Assembly (NCBI GenBank): GCA_965207075.1
Contig: CBDBLO010000002.1
Coordinates: 1,440,001 to 1,504,000, forward strand
DNA length: 64,000 nucleotides
Reading direction: 5' to 3'
From: Nitrosopumilus sp.
GTDB lineage: Archaea; Thermoproteota; Nitrososphaeria; Nitrososphaerales; Nitrosopumilaceae
In this document: piece after piece, positions 1 to 14,862 of the stretch
Layout: every line of letters starts with the position of its first letter
How positions within the stretch are numbered: the first letter of the stretch is position 1
Translations under genes and position numbers: made by a program
The notes under the pieces: generated by a model
Database searches by the model: none
What the model saw: the letters and a program-made list of their open reading frames with translations, nothing else
Told to the model about the DNA's origin: nothing

Positions 1-265
1 GGGGGGACGGCCGTGCCAGAATTAAAGACTTGCGAGGGGGGAGAACAGCCTATTGTATAGAAAACCGACCCGCCAAAGATTGGGGTGTGGGTGTGGGTGG
101 TGGCGGCAGGTAGCTCGGGCGGTGTACGGTGCCACCTGCAATACATACGGCGCCATGCGCGCACGCCAAGTGCGCGTACCCCGAATCGGCGGATCATGCC
201 GCCAGACCAGTGCCAAAAAAAATCAGAAATAAAAGAAAAACGCCCTTGCGGGCTTTTTGCCGCGA

Positions 266-718
266 CTAGTTGGCCCTGAAACGGAATGCCGATATCCAGG
301 ACTTTAGTATGTCGTGGTTGATGTTTGAAAAGGACTTTGCGTTGTCGTTGAACGTCTTGATGTTCTGCTGAGTCGCATCGATCGTGGTCAGTATGACCTG
401 GTTGTTTATGGATGCAATCTTTGCAATCTCCTCAGTCGTTCCGCCGATTGTGCGTACCGCAGCCTCCGGGATGCCCGTAGACAGTCCGGATTTGCGCGCC
501 ACCTCCCTCTGGAATTCAAATGCAGAGTTTGCGACGTTCTCGCATGCCTGCAGGTACTCCTGCTGCACGTTTGTTATGGCCTGGTGGTACTGCGGTACCG
601 ACTGTCGTATGCCGTTGAACATCTTGTCAAGGTTCTGCTTGAATACGCCAAACGTGTCGTTCGAGGACGGCCTTGACGTGTTGTTACCACTGTTGTTGCT
701 GTTGTTTTTGTCAGTCAT
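266..718 (-). CDS. phasin-like (PhaP-like) helical protein
   Basis: Amphipathic Gln/Asn/Ala-rich helical ORF. Its start overlaps the upstream stop (ATGA at 715-718) and a perfect SD GGAGGTGA lies at ~729-736. It sits downstream of an AbrB-domain gene, as in haloarchaeal phaRP. Confidence 0.6.
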   Translation of the reverse strand: MTDKNNSNNSGNNTSRPSSNDTFGVFKQNLDKMFNGIRQSVPQYHQAITNVQQEYLQACENVANSAFEFQREVARKSGLSTGIPEAAVRTIGGTTEEIAKIASINNQVILTTIDATQQNIKTFNDNAKSFSNINHDILKSWISAFRFRAN

Positions 719-1152
719 ATTTGCTTGTTCACCTCCCTTTTCTGTCTGTTAGGAATAGGCAGTATGATCACCTGCACCAGGTCTCCCTCCCCGATTCCAA
801 GCGCTTTGCGCTCGGCCTCCGGTATGGAGATCCGCCCGTTGCTGCTGACAGTGGTCTTGTAGGCGCCCCAGCCGGCAATGGAGGAGATCATGTCCTGCCC
901 CATGCCGATCACGGCATCCATGCCCCTGCTCTGCATGCTAGAAACGTTCTCTATCATCCTAGACTGCGCGCTCTGCGCCGTCTCGGACATCTGACGCAGC
1001 GTCTCAAGCGGGTTGAACGTCCCCGGAGTCTGGCCTGCGGCGGTCATCAGCGAGCCGAAGTTCTTGACAAACTCGGCCTGTGCCTCCCCGCCTCTCTGTA
1101 TCCAGTCCTGAAACATCCTTGTAGGATCATACTGGTTGCTATTACCACTCAT
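715..1152 (-). CDS. AbrB/MazE/SpoVT-domain regulator (PhaR-like)
   Basis: C-terminal KTTVSSNGRISIPEAERKALGIGEGDLVQV is an AbrB motif. Start placed at MSGNSN (1152), with TTTATA about 25-30 nt upstream. Confidence 0.75.
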   Translation of the reverse strand: MSGNSNQYDPTRMFQDWIQRGGEAQAEFVKNFGSLMTAAGQTPGTFNPLETLRQMSETAQSAQSRMIENVSSMQSRGMDAVIGMGQDMISSIAGWGAYKTTVSSNGRISIPEAERKALGIGEGDLVQVIILPIPNRQKREVNKQI

Positions 1153-1341
1153 TGGTAATGGTGTGAAATAAGAGGTATAAATAGCAACCGGTCTGGCAGA
1201 ATTGTAGGGATAGAACTCACCCGGGGACGCGTCCGCACGCGGTCGGCCGGACACTAGTCTGGCCGCGTCCTGCAGGCAGCCGCCTCATTGGGAACCGGAT
1301 GCGCCCGGAGACGCGTCTGTGAGGCATGGCCGTTCGCAGAG

Positions 1342-2145
1342 TCACCCGGCCGTGGATCCTCCCAGAAACTCGAGCACCCGCTTTGCAAAGGCCTCGGGGC
1401 TCTGCACATAGGGGGTGTGCCCGCAGCCCTTCATCCTAAACATGGTGCAGTCCCTTACCGAGGACAGGAAGAATCCGGCGTTCTGGATTGGAACGACAGG
1501 ATCGTCCTCGCCCCAGACCAGCAGCGTGGGGGAGCTTATCGAGTGCAGCATCGCCTCCGTGAGCCCGGAGTTACTGAGCCCCAGCACGGCCGACATGAAC
1601 GCCATCTTTGCGTTTGGGAGCCTCATCCTCTTGATAAAACCCCGTACCAGCTCCGCGTCCGCCCTCTGGTCGGAGGCCTCCATCGCCTCAAAGGCCCTGG
1701 ATACGGACTGCTTCCCGGGGTACATTGCGGCCATCATATACAGGTCAAACGCCGGCGTAGTCCTCTTCATCGTGCCCGCAGGCGAGACGAGGACGAGCCT
1801 GTCTATGCTGGCCGGATGCGAGGCCGCATACATGACAGCGACCTGGCCGCCAAGCGACGAGCCCACCAGGAATATGCGCTGTCCGCAGGTGGCGCGCACA
1901 AAATCCCCAAGAAACGAGGTCAGAAAGTCCGGCGTGTAGTCAGACGGCGGCTTGTCGCTGAGCCCGAACCCGATCATGTCGGGCACCACCACCCTGAACC
2001 TCTTTTCAAATATGGGAGAGACCTTGTCCCACCGCTCCGCGGAGCCTCCAAGCCCGTGCAGCAGGACCATCGTGCCGTCAGTCGGATCACCACCCTCAAG
2101 GTAGCGGATGTGGTGGCCCCCCACGTCGACAAAGCGCTCCTTCAT
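1342..2145 (-). CDS. alpha/beta-fold hydrolase
   Basis: LLHGLGGS, nucleophile elbow GSSLGG, WGEDD and CGHTP catalytic motifs. Start placed at MKERFVDV. Confidence 0.9.
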   Translation of the reverse strand: MKERFVDVGGHHIRYLEGGDPTDGTMVLLHGLGGSAERWDKVSPIFEKRFRVVVPDMIGFGLSDKPPSDYTPDFLTSFLGDFVRATCGQRIFLVGSSLGGQVAVMYAASHPASIDRLVLVSPAGTMKRTTPAFDLYMMAAMYPGKQSVSRAFEAMEASDQRADAELVRGFIKRMRLPNAKMAFMSAVLGLSNSGLTEAMLHSISSPTLLVWGEDDPVVPIQNAGFFLSSVRDCTMFRMKGCGHTPYVQSPEAFAKRVLEFLGGSTAG

Positions 2146-2460
2146 CCACAGGACGCACGTATCATGCATTGATAAGTCTAGTCGTTCGGGCAGTGCATGG
2201 AACAAAGTCCGAACACATCAGATCCCGGCAGGCGTCATTGGGCGAATGAAGAAACGGAGCTCAACCTGCGTGGGTTTTTCACGCAGGCCCATCCCCCCAC
2301 AGAGCACCCCGTACTGCTCCCGCCGGCAGGTTCTCCCCTTCAGCCGTAACGGTCTTCATATGGCATTTTTTGTGTATCCTAATCTGCCCGCTTGCATTTC
2401 AACCCGCTTATGGCGAGCATCATCTGATCTGGGAGGCCCCTTACTCGGCGGCACGCATGG

Positions 2461-3186
2461 TTACTGTACCGGACAGGCAGGCCCGGACATGGGCCTGAGC
2501 GCGACGGTCCTGCCGATCAGGGCGCCGTCCTCGTCACGCTCGTCCGTGGCGGCAAGGGACACGAGAAACTCGCTCTTGTCCTTTCGCAGCATCCAGATCT
2601 TTGCGGTGTCGTGTATCCCGTTCCTCCAGTTCTCCATGTGGGCGCTTATGTTACCGCGGGAGCGCGGGGCGGTGTGATGCAGCAGGTTGACGCCTATCAC
2701 CTCCTCCTTTGTGTATCCCAGCCTGTCAACGTACGTCTGGTTGCAGTCCACTATGACACCGTTGTAGTTCACCGACCTGTGCAGGATCTCCGGGTGCTCG
2801 TATCCCTCCCTTGAAGTGACGTCGTACATCTTGCTCATCTTCTCAAGGTGCGCGATCTCCCTTATGGTGGAGTTGCGGCCTATGAGGTTCCTGTGGTCGT
2901 CATACAGGCTCGACGCAGTCAGCATGACCTTGAACTCCTCGCCGGACTTGGTCACGAGGACTATGTGCCCTGACGAGTGCGCCCTTGTCTTCTTCCATTC
3001 CTCAAAGTTGGACGCCAAGACGTCGCGGTGCCTCTCGGGCGCGTGGTCAAGAAACGACCTGCCGATTACCTCCTCAAAGGTGTAGCCCAGCCTCTCCGCA
3101 TACGACAAATTGCAGTCAATTATGATGCCGTCTAGATCAACAGAACGGAACATCTCAGGAATCGACGTCCCAATGCTGCGGCTCAT
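2461..3186 (-). CDS. tandem PAS-domain protein with no output domain
   Basis: Two repeats of DG/NG.I.DCN..Y..RLGYT.EEVIG...L.H, each followed by a PAC-like K.G.EF.V...D..G.LIGR segment. Confidence 0.85.
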   Translation of the reverse strand: MSRSIGTSIPEMFRSVDLDGIIIDCNLSYAERLGYTFEEVIGRSFLDHAPERHRDVLASNFEEWKKTRAHSSGHIVLVTKSGEEFKVMLTASSLYDDHRNLIGRNSTIREIAHLEKMSKMYDVTSREGYEHPEILHRSVNYNGVIVDCNQTYVDRLGYTKEEVIGVNLLHHTAPRSRGNISAHMENWRNGIHDTAKIWMLRKDKSEFLVSLAATDERDEDGALIGRTVALRPMSGPACPVQ

Positions 3187-3495
3187 TACCAGTGAGCAAA
3201 ACCCGTGCTATATTAAAATTTATGTAACGAAACAAGGTGCGCCCTCAGACTGTTCCCAAATCCGTGCCTAAAGTGACGTATCATTCATAGATTTTATACC
3301 TACGATCTCGGTCGGCCCGAGGACGTACAGAACAAGTAACACAAAAAGTGCTTCAAGTGGGCCCAACTCGGACATCTCCGGCGGCGACTCGGGTTTGGGC
3401 ATGGGATCAGACAGGGACCCGCCAAGCGACGTTACAAACTCCTCCCACTTCCGGGGGCACGGGCCGGCCTTCGGCCAAGGGGCGTGCATCCGGCG

Positions 3496-3951
3496 CTATG
3501 CAATGCCGCGCTTTGCAAAGTATTTCTGGTGGTACTCCTCGGCGCGGTAAAACGGAGCAGCCGGCACGATCTCGGTCACTATCGGGCCGCGATACCTGCC
3601 CGACCGTGCAAGCGCGTCGCGCGACTTTTCGGCGGCAAGCCTCTGCTCGTCGCTGTGGCAAAAGACGGCCGATCTATACTGGATGCCGACGTCAGGTCCC
3701 TGCCTGTTGAGGGTCGTGGGATCATGGTTTGACCAGAATACGCCAAGCAAGTCATCGTAGGACACCTGGTCGGGGTCGTACTCTACCTGGACGGCCTCCG
3801 CGTGTCCCGTCCGGTCCGTGCATACCTCCTCGTAGGTAGGATCCTCCGCGTGGCCGCCTGTATACCCCACCGCGGTGGATGTAACGCCCTTTGTGTTTGC
3901 AAAGATGTGCTCGACGTGCCAAAAGCATCCCGCGCCAAACGTGGCCTTCAT
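3496..3951 (-). CDS. msrA: peptide methionine sulfoxide reductase A
   Basis: [26 protein letters not shown] and AEEYHQKY motifs. Confidence 0.97.
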   Translation of the reverse strand: MKATFGAGCFWHVEHIFANTKGVTSTAVGYTGGHAEDPTYEEVCTDRTGHAEAVQVEYDPDQVSYDDLLGVFWSNHDPTTLNRQGPDVGIQYRSAVFCHSDEQRLAAEKSRDALARSGRYRGPIVTEIVPAAPFYRAEEYHQKYFAKRGIA

Positions 3952-4124
3952 GAACATACGTGGGGGATGGGCATTAAAAGATGATCGGATGCGGCTGGCC
4001 GCGGGCCCACCACGTGCGCAGCCCGGCATCGGCGCGTGCGAGGAATCCTGCAAGGACGCGGCGTCAGACGCGCGTCGGATCCTGTGAACTGCCTCCTCTC
4101 CCCACGTAGGCGGCAAAATCCAGT

Positions 4125-4622
4125 CTACGACGATACCTCTTGGGGATTTTCTGTGGGCGTGTTATAGCCACTTGTGTCCGGCAGCGGTTCCCGGCCAAGG
4201 CCTTCCCCCAACCCGGCAGATGTCAACGGCAATTGGCAGTCAATAGGGGAGGTAAACATGTCCACGGCCTTTTTGGCCAACTTCTCGATGTTTGCGGTGG
4301 GCTCCGCAGAGATCAGCAGCAACACACGGGTCACCGGAAACGGAAAGCTCACCAGCACCGCCTTGTCGCGTCTGGCCGCAAGATAGTTTATCGGTCCTAG
4401 GCTCTCGTCGTGCTCCTTGCGTATGGACACCCGGGATACGAACTCCAAAAATGACTGCAGGCGCGTCTCGTCGTTCTCGTGGGGGGTGATGCCATCCTTA
4501 AAGCCCCCGGCAATCAGCTTGCCGTCGGAGTTCACGATTCCCGCAAACCTGATCTCATCCTCGGAGAGCAGCTTGCTGCACTTTTGGGCGTACAGCCCCG
4601 GTGCGGGATCGACAGAATGCAT
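4125..4622 (-). CDS. thaumarchaeal roadblock/profilin-like protein (DUF6659-like)
   Basis: [22 protein letters not shown] and [13 protein letters not shown] patterns are typical of this expanded AOA family. Start is uncertain. Confidence 0.65.
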   Translation of the reverse strand: MHSVDPAPGLYAQKCSKLLSEDEIRFAGIVNSDGKLIAGGFKDGITPHENDETRLQSFLEFVSRVSIRKEHDESLGPINYLAARRDKAVLVSFPFPVTRVLLLISAEPTANIEKLAKKAVDMFTSPIDCQLPLTSAGLGEGLGREPLPDTSGYNTPTENPQEVSS

Positions 4623-5202
4623 GCATGGAATACGCACGCCTGCGATAAAAACCTAGAGCATATGGGCAGCATCAATACACGCATGCGTGGGGGGGGGAGG
4701 GAGGGAAGGAACGGTCAGACGAGGCACGCCATCAAGCGGCCGAGTGCCCGGGGCCGCGCTCGGCGCCCCGAGACGACAGGTGCATGCAATACTGCCGGCG
4801 AGTAGGCATGGAGCAACGTTGTGCCAAGGCATCCGGCCATGCAGAAAACTGCCGTGTCATATTTGATCAGGGCTGGTCCATATGCATACAAACGTCGCGA
4901 GGCACTAGGTTTTCCAGCCCTCTTGGAGCATCAACGGATTCTATCCTCCTCCTCCCCTCCCCCGACTCATCACCCGCAGAGTGCAGACGTATGTGCCTGC
5001 CTCCGCCTGCACCACAGCCTTCAGGGACATTGGCGCGCACGAGCGCTGCAGAGGATGATGCGCAAAATCTTCAGGGCGGAAGGGCCCGGCGTAAGCAACG
5101 GCGCCTCCGGGGCGCTGACGTGGCACGGCGCACATCCGGGCAGCGCATGTCCACGGCCATGCCGTCGCAGCGAGCGGCAGCCATACATGAGAGAAAAAAG
5201 TG

Positions 5203-6189
5203 TCAGGGGGGGCGGGGGCGGCACTTTAGCAGGGCGTACTGGATGATCCCCGCGCTCGAAGCCCGGCCCATCTTTCTCATAGAGATGGCCATCACCGGCT
5301 CAAGGTATGACGGGTACCCCATGTCACGTACCGCCTTCCTTATGTCGCGACGATTCGAGAGGTAGTAATCCGCAAGGGGTCCATAAACAGAGTCGCCGAC
5401 AAGCCGCTCGTCGGATATTCCAAAGCCGCAGTCATGCAGGGTTCTGCGGACGTACGAGAGCAGATAGTGCTCTGACGCCCATGTAAAGTTCAGTATGCCG
5501 AGGCGGGCCAGGGTCATGCGGCTCCGCGTCACGACGGGGATCGCAACTGCCAGAATCCCGTCCTCGGAGAGCAGGCGCCTGCACTCGGACACAAAGGAAC
5601 CAAGGGGCCTAAAGTGCTGGGCCGACTCAAGCGCGATAATTCGGTCTACGGAACCCGATGCAAGCGGGAGCGCGGTCGCCGACGAGTTTATTGCATTGAG
5701 GGCTACGGGGGCTTCCACGGACGCGGCACCGTCCCCGTGATCACCCTTGCAGGCGGCGCTGCTTTCACCGTCCGGTACGACACCGGAAGGGCGCCTGCGG
5801 CCATTGCAACCGTGTCCACCGGCGCCGGAAAGCCCGGATGCCCCGCGCAGCTGCGCATAGCTTGTGTTCACGCAGTGCAAAACCAGTTCCGGATTGGCGC
5901 GCTTCCAGTATGCGGCAGGAGCACAAAAGCCGCACCCCACGTCAACCACCGCAAGGGGGCCGCCGAGCTCCGCCATGTCTGAGACCACCCCGCACATGTT
6001 CTCCTGCGCGAGCGCCGGCGTGTCGTGCGCGTCGTCCCAGTATCCAAAGTTGAGCATCCGGCTCCCCGCAATGCCGCACATGAGCGGCGACAGCACGTCG
6101 TACATGGCCGCCACGCTGCGCGGATCCCTGCTTACGGACCACTTCAGTATGTCGTACACGCCAAGCATGCCACGAGCCGTTGGGCTCAT
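5203..6189 (-). CDS. class I SAM-dependent methyltransferase
   Basis: LNFGYW, VVDVGCGF and DRIIALESAQHF motifs, with a low-complexity internal insertion. Confidence 0.88.
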   Translation of the reverse strand: MSPTARGMLGVYDILKWSVSRDPRSVAAMYDVLSPLMCGIAGSRMLNFGYWDDAHDTPALAQENMCGVVSDMAELGGPLAVVDVGCGFCAPAAYWKRANPELVLHCVNTSYAQLRGASGLSGAGGHGCNGRRRPSGVVPDGESSAACKGDHGDGAASVEAPVALNAINSSATALPLASGSVDRIIALESAQHFRPLGSFVSECRRLLSEDGILAVAIPVVTRSRMTLARLGILNFTWASEHYLLSYVRRTLHDCGFGISDERLVGDSVYGPLADYYLSNRRDIRKAVRDMGYPSYLEPVMAISMRKMGRASSAGIIQYALLKCRPRPP

Positions 6190-6321
6190 TCAGATATGAA
6201 CCATGTACAGCAAACAGGAACATGAACGGTCGTACAAGAAAGGGGTAGCGGCAGGCCGGCGCCGGCAGGCGCAGCTTACGCTACCGTACCATCAAATTGA
6301 AAAAAATGAGGATTTGCAAGC

Positions 6322-9404
<3,083 letters not shown>

Positions 9405-9485
9405 ATGCACGACCTCACAGCAAGCGGCCCCGGGTGGGGGCTCGCCCGCTCGATCCTTGATACGCCACGTTAATGGCGTACTGCA

Positions 9486-11095
<1,610 letters not shown>

Positions 11096-11221
11096 ACATC
11101 TCAGATATTGACCGCTTGATCAAATCCTCATCTCTGTATGCGTGACTGGAGGCCCGTGAATCACAACGTGGCATGTTGCCACACTTCATCACAGGCGCCG
11201 CCTATTGCGAAACGCATGCAG

Positions 11222-11252
11222 ATTATATTATGTCCTAAAAAGCATATAAACC
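11222..11252 (-). promoter_or_regulatory. putative rRNA operon promoter (TATA)
   Basis: AT-rich island reading TTTATATG on the minus strand, upstream of the 16S leader, in GC-rich surroundings. Confidence 0.5.
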
Positions 11253-11716
11253 ATGCGAGAAGCCGCGCGCGCAGGCCCACCGCCCGGGCCTGATCTAGGC
11301 ACGATGCCCGGCGCATGCCCGAGGGCGCACGCTCCAGTTTCCCAAAGATTTCAGGAGGGCCGAGCAACTGCCCTTCGGCGGAAAGGCTGCCTCTCTTCCT
11401 CCGCACGCACCCCGGGGCCCGGCGCCGGCGCGACTGCGGCGCCTCGTAAAACCTAACGCCGATGCGGCGCGGCGCGTTCCCTCTTTGCGCCACGCCAAGC
11501 ACCGCCCGGTTCCTCCAGTCGATTACGCCCGTGCAATAGTAAGGCAGGGACAGATCACGGCCCGCGGCGGGGTTTCAAGATGGGAGGGGCCGCGGCGCGC
11601 CGGCGCGGCGTTACGGCAGGCAGAAGAATCGTGGTCACGGCCACAGTCAGTCGGCGGCGTCACGATCAGCACGCGCCCAGGATTGGTTAAAATTACAAGC
11701 ACGGAAGAATAAACTG

Positions 11717-13024
11717 TTGAACGCATACGAGGCCGAATATTCAAGAAAGACCCCGACATCGGCCAGGCTGTTTGCAGAATCAGCAAAAATGCACATAAAC
11801 GGGGTGTCGCACAACATCAGATACTTTGAGCCGTACCCGTTTGTCGTAAAATCATCGGAGGGCGGCAGCCTGATAGATGTCGACGGCAACAGGTACACGG
11901 ACTACTGGATGGGGCACTGGAGCCTCATACAGGGGCACGCTCCCAAGCACGTAGTACGCAGCCTGCACGATCAGTTGGAAGACGGTTGGATGTACGGGAC
12001 GGTAAACGAGCAGACCATAAAACTGTCAAAAATCATATCAGGTGCGGTGCCGGCGGCAGAAAAGATACGATACACCGCATCCGGTACCGAGGCAGTCATG
12101 TATGCAGCAAGGCTTGCGCGCACACACACCAAGAGGGACGTGATTGCAAAGGTCGACGGGGGGTGGCACGGGTACGCGTCGGATCTACTGAAGAGCGTAA
12201 ACTGGCCCTTCAATGAGTCGGAGAGCTCTGGGCTCGTGGGCGCAGACAACATAGTCTCCGTCCCGTACAACGATCTTGATGCGACGGTAAAGATCCTGTC
12301 GGGGTGCAAAAGCAGGCTTGCGGGCATCATAGTCGAGCCCGTGCTGGGCGGTGCCGGCGGCATTCCCGCATCGGCCGAGTACCTGGCAGGCGTCCAGGAG
12401 TTTGCCCACGGGTGCGGCGCGCTCTTCATCCTGGACGAGATTGTGACTGGTTTTAGGCTCAGGTATGGCTGCATGTACGAATCGATGCCGCTTGAGCCGG
12501 ATGTCATAACCTTGGGAAAGATAATAGGCGGGGGAATGCCCATAGGGGCGGTTTGCGGCGCCGACGAGATAATGGCGCACGCCGACGCATCAAGCGCGGG
12601 CCGCAGTTATATCGGAGGGGGGACGTTTTCTGCAAACCCGGCGTCCATGACGGCCGGAAGGGCCACGCTCGAGTACATGAGAGACAACCAGTCCACATAC
12701 GACAGGATGTCAAGCATGGGGGCGCGTGCAAGGTCTGGAATTACGGAGGTTCTCGGGGACGAGGCTGCGGACGTAACTGGCACGGGCTCCATATTCATGG
12801 TCCATTTTGCGGCGCCTGGCAAGAGGCACGCGGGGGTGCGCAACGCGGAGCAGGCTGCACTATGCGACCAAGACAAGCTTCACCAGTACCACCTCAAGAT
12901 GATTGCGCAGGATGGAATATTCATGCTTCCCGGCAAGATGGGCGCAATATCCAGCGCGCATGCGGACGGCGACATAGAACGGCTTGTGGCAGCGTCAGAG
13001 AATTTCAAGAGGCACCACAAATAA
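11717..13024 (+). CDS. hemL: glutamate-1-semialdehyde aminomutase-like class III aminotransferase
   Basis: DVDGNRYTDY, SGTEAVM, FILDEIVTGFR, TLGKIIGGGMP (PLP Lys) and GGTFSANP motifs. TTG start. Confidence 0.85.
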   Translation: MNAYEAEYSRKTPTSARLFAESAKMHINGVSHNIRYFEPYPFVVKSSEGGSLIDVDGNRYTDYWMGHWSLIQGHAPKHVVRSLHDQLEDGWMYGTVNEQTIKLSKIISGAVPAAEKIRYTASGTEAVMYAARLARTHTKRDVIAKVDGGWHGYASDLLKSVNWPFNESESSGLVGADNIVSVPYNDLDATVKILSGCKSRLAGIIVEPVLGGAGGIPASAEYLAGVQEFAHGCGALFILDEIVTGFRLRYGCMYESMPLEPDVITLGKIIGGGMPIGAVCGADEIMAHADASSAGRSYIGGGTFSANPASMTAGRATLEYMRDNQSTYDRMSSMGARARSGITEVLGDEAADVTGTGSIFMVHFAAPGKRHAGVRNAEQAALCDQDKLHQYHLKMIAQDGIFMLPGKMGAISSAHADGDIERLVAASENFKRHHK

Positions 13025-13092
13025 CATAGCAAGCCGCTGCAGGACGCCGCCGTGAATTACCAGGCAGCAGGGGCGCCGTACGGCGGTTCATG

Positions 13093-13443
13093 TCAGTACC
13101 TGTGCGCGCGCATCCAGTCCGCAATGCCAGCAAAAGCTTCCAGATAGCGATCCGCCCCTAGGGCCGCGTACACGTGGACGTGGGCGTAATTACCCATGCA
13201 GACGCCCTCAAACATCATCCTGCATTCCTTTCTAAAGAACGGTACGGAGGCGCCCACATTCTTCAGCGCCTCAAAACCACACCCGTTTATCGTGACGCTC
13301 CGGTCGGCCAGCTCGACTTTGCGCAGAGTCGAGCTTGTGTTGATTTTAGCATCCACGGTCTCCTGAAAATCCCCGCTCCACTCGGGGGTGTCGTGGGGCC
13401 ACCTGTGGGCAAACACCTTGGTCGCATCAAATTCATACGGCAT
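13093..13443 (-). CDS. conserved hypothetical protein
   Basis: Non-shadow ORF with globular composition between hemL and tRNA-Ser. Confidence 0.65.
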   Translation of the reverse strand: MPYEFDATKVFAHRWPHDTPEWSGDFQETVDAKINTSSTLRKVELADRSVTINGCGFEALKNVGASVPFFRKECRMMFEGVCMGNYAHVHVYAALGADRYLEAFAGIADWMRAHRY

Positions 13444-13565
13444 GCGCGTAGGGCGCCATGACGGCGGTAATAAAGACTGCCGCGGACGCGACTGCCGCGG
13501 CAGTGGCGGCGGCAGTCAGACGCAGGTTCGTCTTGCTTTATTACGGAGTGCAAATCAGGAATGTC

Positions 13566-13650
13566 GCCGGGATAGCCAAGTGGTAAGGCGGCCGTCTCGA
13601 AAACGGCTACGCGAAAGCGTTCAGGGGTTCGAGTCCCTTTCCCGGCGCCA
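13566..13650 (+). tRNA. tRNA-Ser(CGA)
   Basis: GCCGGGA/TCCCGGC acceptor stem, anticodon loop CTCGAAA, long variable arm, GTTCGAGTCC and encoded CCA. TTTATTA lies ~25 nt upstream. Confidence 0.96.
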
Positions 13651-13734
13651 TTGACTACAAAGCTGTGCACGATAGGCTCGGGACCGCCATCACGGCACAC
13701 GGCAGCAGGGCGAATGCAGGACGCGCCGCCGCAA

Positions 13735-14199
13735 TCATATGATCGCAGATACGGACCGCTCAAAGTCCGACTCGTACCAGACGGTCTTGTAGGAAGTGTT
13801 GCCGCCGCGCCGGCCCGGAAGCACGTTGATGGCCACATGAGAGAACGTCCTCTTTTGGTCAACAGAGCCGTGCGTATGCAGCATGTCGGCCGGAATGTAC
13901 ACCACGTCCCCGGCCGAGAGCTTTACCGTCCTAGTGCGCCTTATTGCAAAGCGGCGTTTAGAGCCGCCTAGTCTCTCAAAGACCTCGAGGCTTCCCGCTC
14001 CCTTTGTGGCCATCAGAATCTGATCGCCGTTATGGGCGTGAAGCTTGGTCCTAGAGCCCGACTCGAAGTGGACGTGGTACATGTCGTGCCCCTTGGATCC
14101 TATCACGTCGGATACGGAGCGCATCCAGGTGCGGCCGGTAAACCAGCTCGGGTCAACCTTTCTCAGGTTGCTTTTGCCGTTGATGTTTGCCTTTCTCAT
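13735..14199 (-). CDS. cupin-domain protein
   Basis: LHAHNGDQIL and GDVVYIPADMLHTHG cupin motifs. Confidence 0.88.
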   Translation of the reverse strand: MRKANINGKSNLRKVDPSWFTGRTWMRSVSDVIGSKGHDMYHVHFESGSRTKLHAHNGDQILMATKGAGSLEVFERLGGSKRRFAIRRTRTVKLSAGDVVYIPADMLHTHGSVDQKRTFSHVAINVLPGRRGGNTSYKTVWYESDFERSVSAII

Positions 14200-14561
14200 A
14201 TCTGCTCTAGTATCTTTTTCTTTTTGGACTGGAACTCGCGCTCCGTAATCACGCCCTTGTCCTTTAGCTCGCCTAGTTTTTCGATCAGCTCCAAGTCGCG
14301 CATGGAGTCGCGGCTACCGCCGCGCTTTAGACTCTTTAGTTTGTCATTGAGCACCTTTTCGGCCTTTTTTTGCATCTTTGATTCCTCCCTCAAGGCCTTT
14401 TCGCTAAGCTTTCTGCCCGTCTTGGCCGCCTCCTTGGCAGAGATTGCTCCGACTTCGACGGCCTCGGCAAGAACGGCGTCAGCCTTTTTGACGCCCTCCT
14501 GTACCGCCTCGTCGGCTTTTTTGAGAAACTTCCCGATATAGCCGTCGCTGTCAGAAGACAT
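14196..14561 (-). CDS. SHOCT-domain protein
   Basis: C-terminal IEKLGELKDKGVITEREFQSKKKKIL. Stop overlaps the cupin start. Confidence 0.85.
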   Translation of the reverse strand: MSSDSDGYIGKFLKKADEAVQEGVKKADAVLAEAVEVGAISAKEAAKTGRKLSEKALREESKMQKKAEKVLNDKLKSLKRGGSRDSMRDLELIEKLGELKDKGVITEREFQSKKKKILEQI

Positions 14562-14862
14562 ACTGTGTGCAGAGAAGGGGCACGTAATAATTCTTTGCAT
14601 GGCACCGAAGAGCGGGCGCGGGCCGCTGAAAAACCCGTGCCGGCCGGTCCCTATTGCCGGGTTTCACAGGCAGAAGGCAGTACGCGCGCGCCGAATTACA
14701 AGCTCAGGCAGATTCCAAACGCGTGCTCTGGAACAACTGCGCCGCGCAAGTTCAGTCATAAGATCACAGTTTGCTGGAAGGATGCATATCTATGCAGGGT
14801 CGCGCCAAGGACGGCACGCCGCAGTCGCGCGTGTATGCACCCCCCCCCCCCCCGAGACCCAC

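Noticed and set aside
2461-3186. LOV photoreceptor interpretation of the PAS domains
   Set aside because: No GxNCRFLQ motif is present.
3380-3440. Weak similarity to 5S rRNA (GATCCCAT...AACCCG on the minus strand)
   Set aside because: The rest of the 5S consensus and helix I cannot be found.
11300-11700. GC-rich spacer as RNase P or SRP RNA
   Set aside because: It lacks the GAGGAAAGUCC/P4 and SRP helix-8 signatures, and hairpins are expected at this GC content.
13566-13700. tRNA genes as integration sites
   Set aside because: No integrase and no duplicated tRNA 3' end was noticed in the window.
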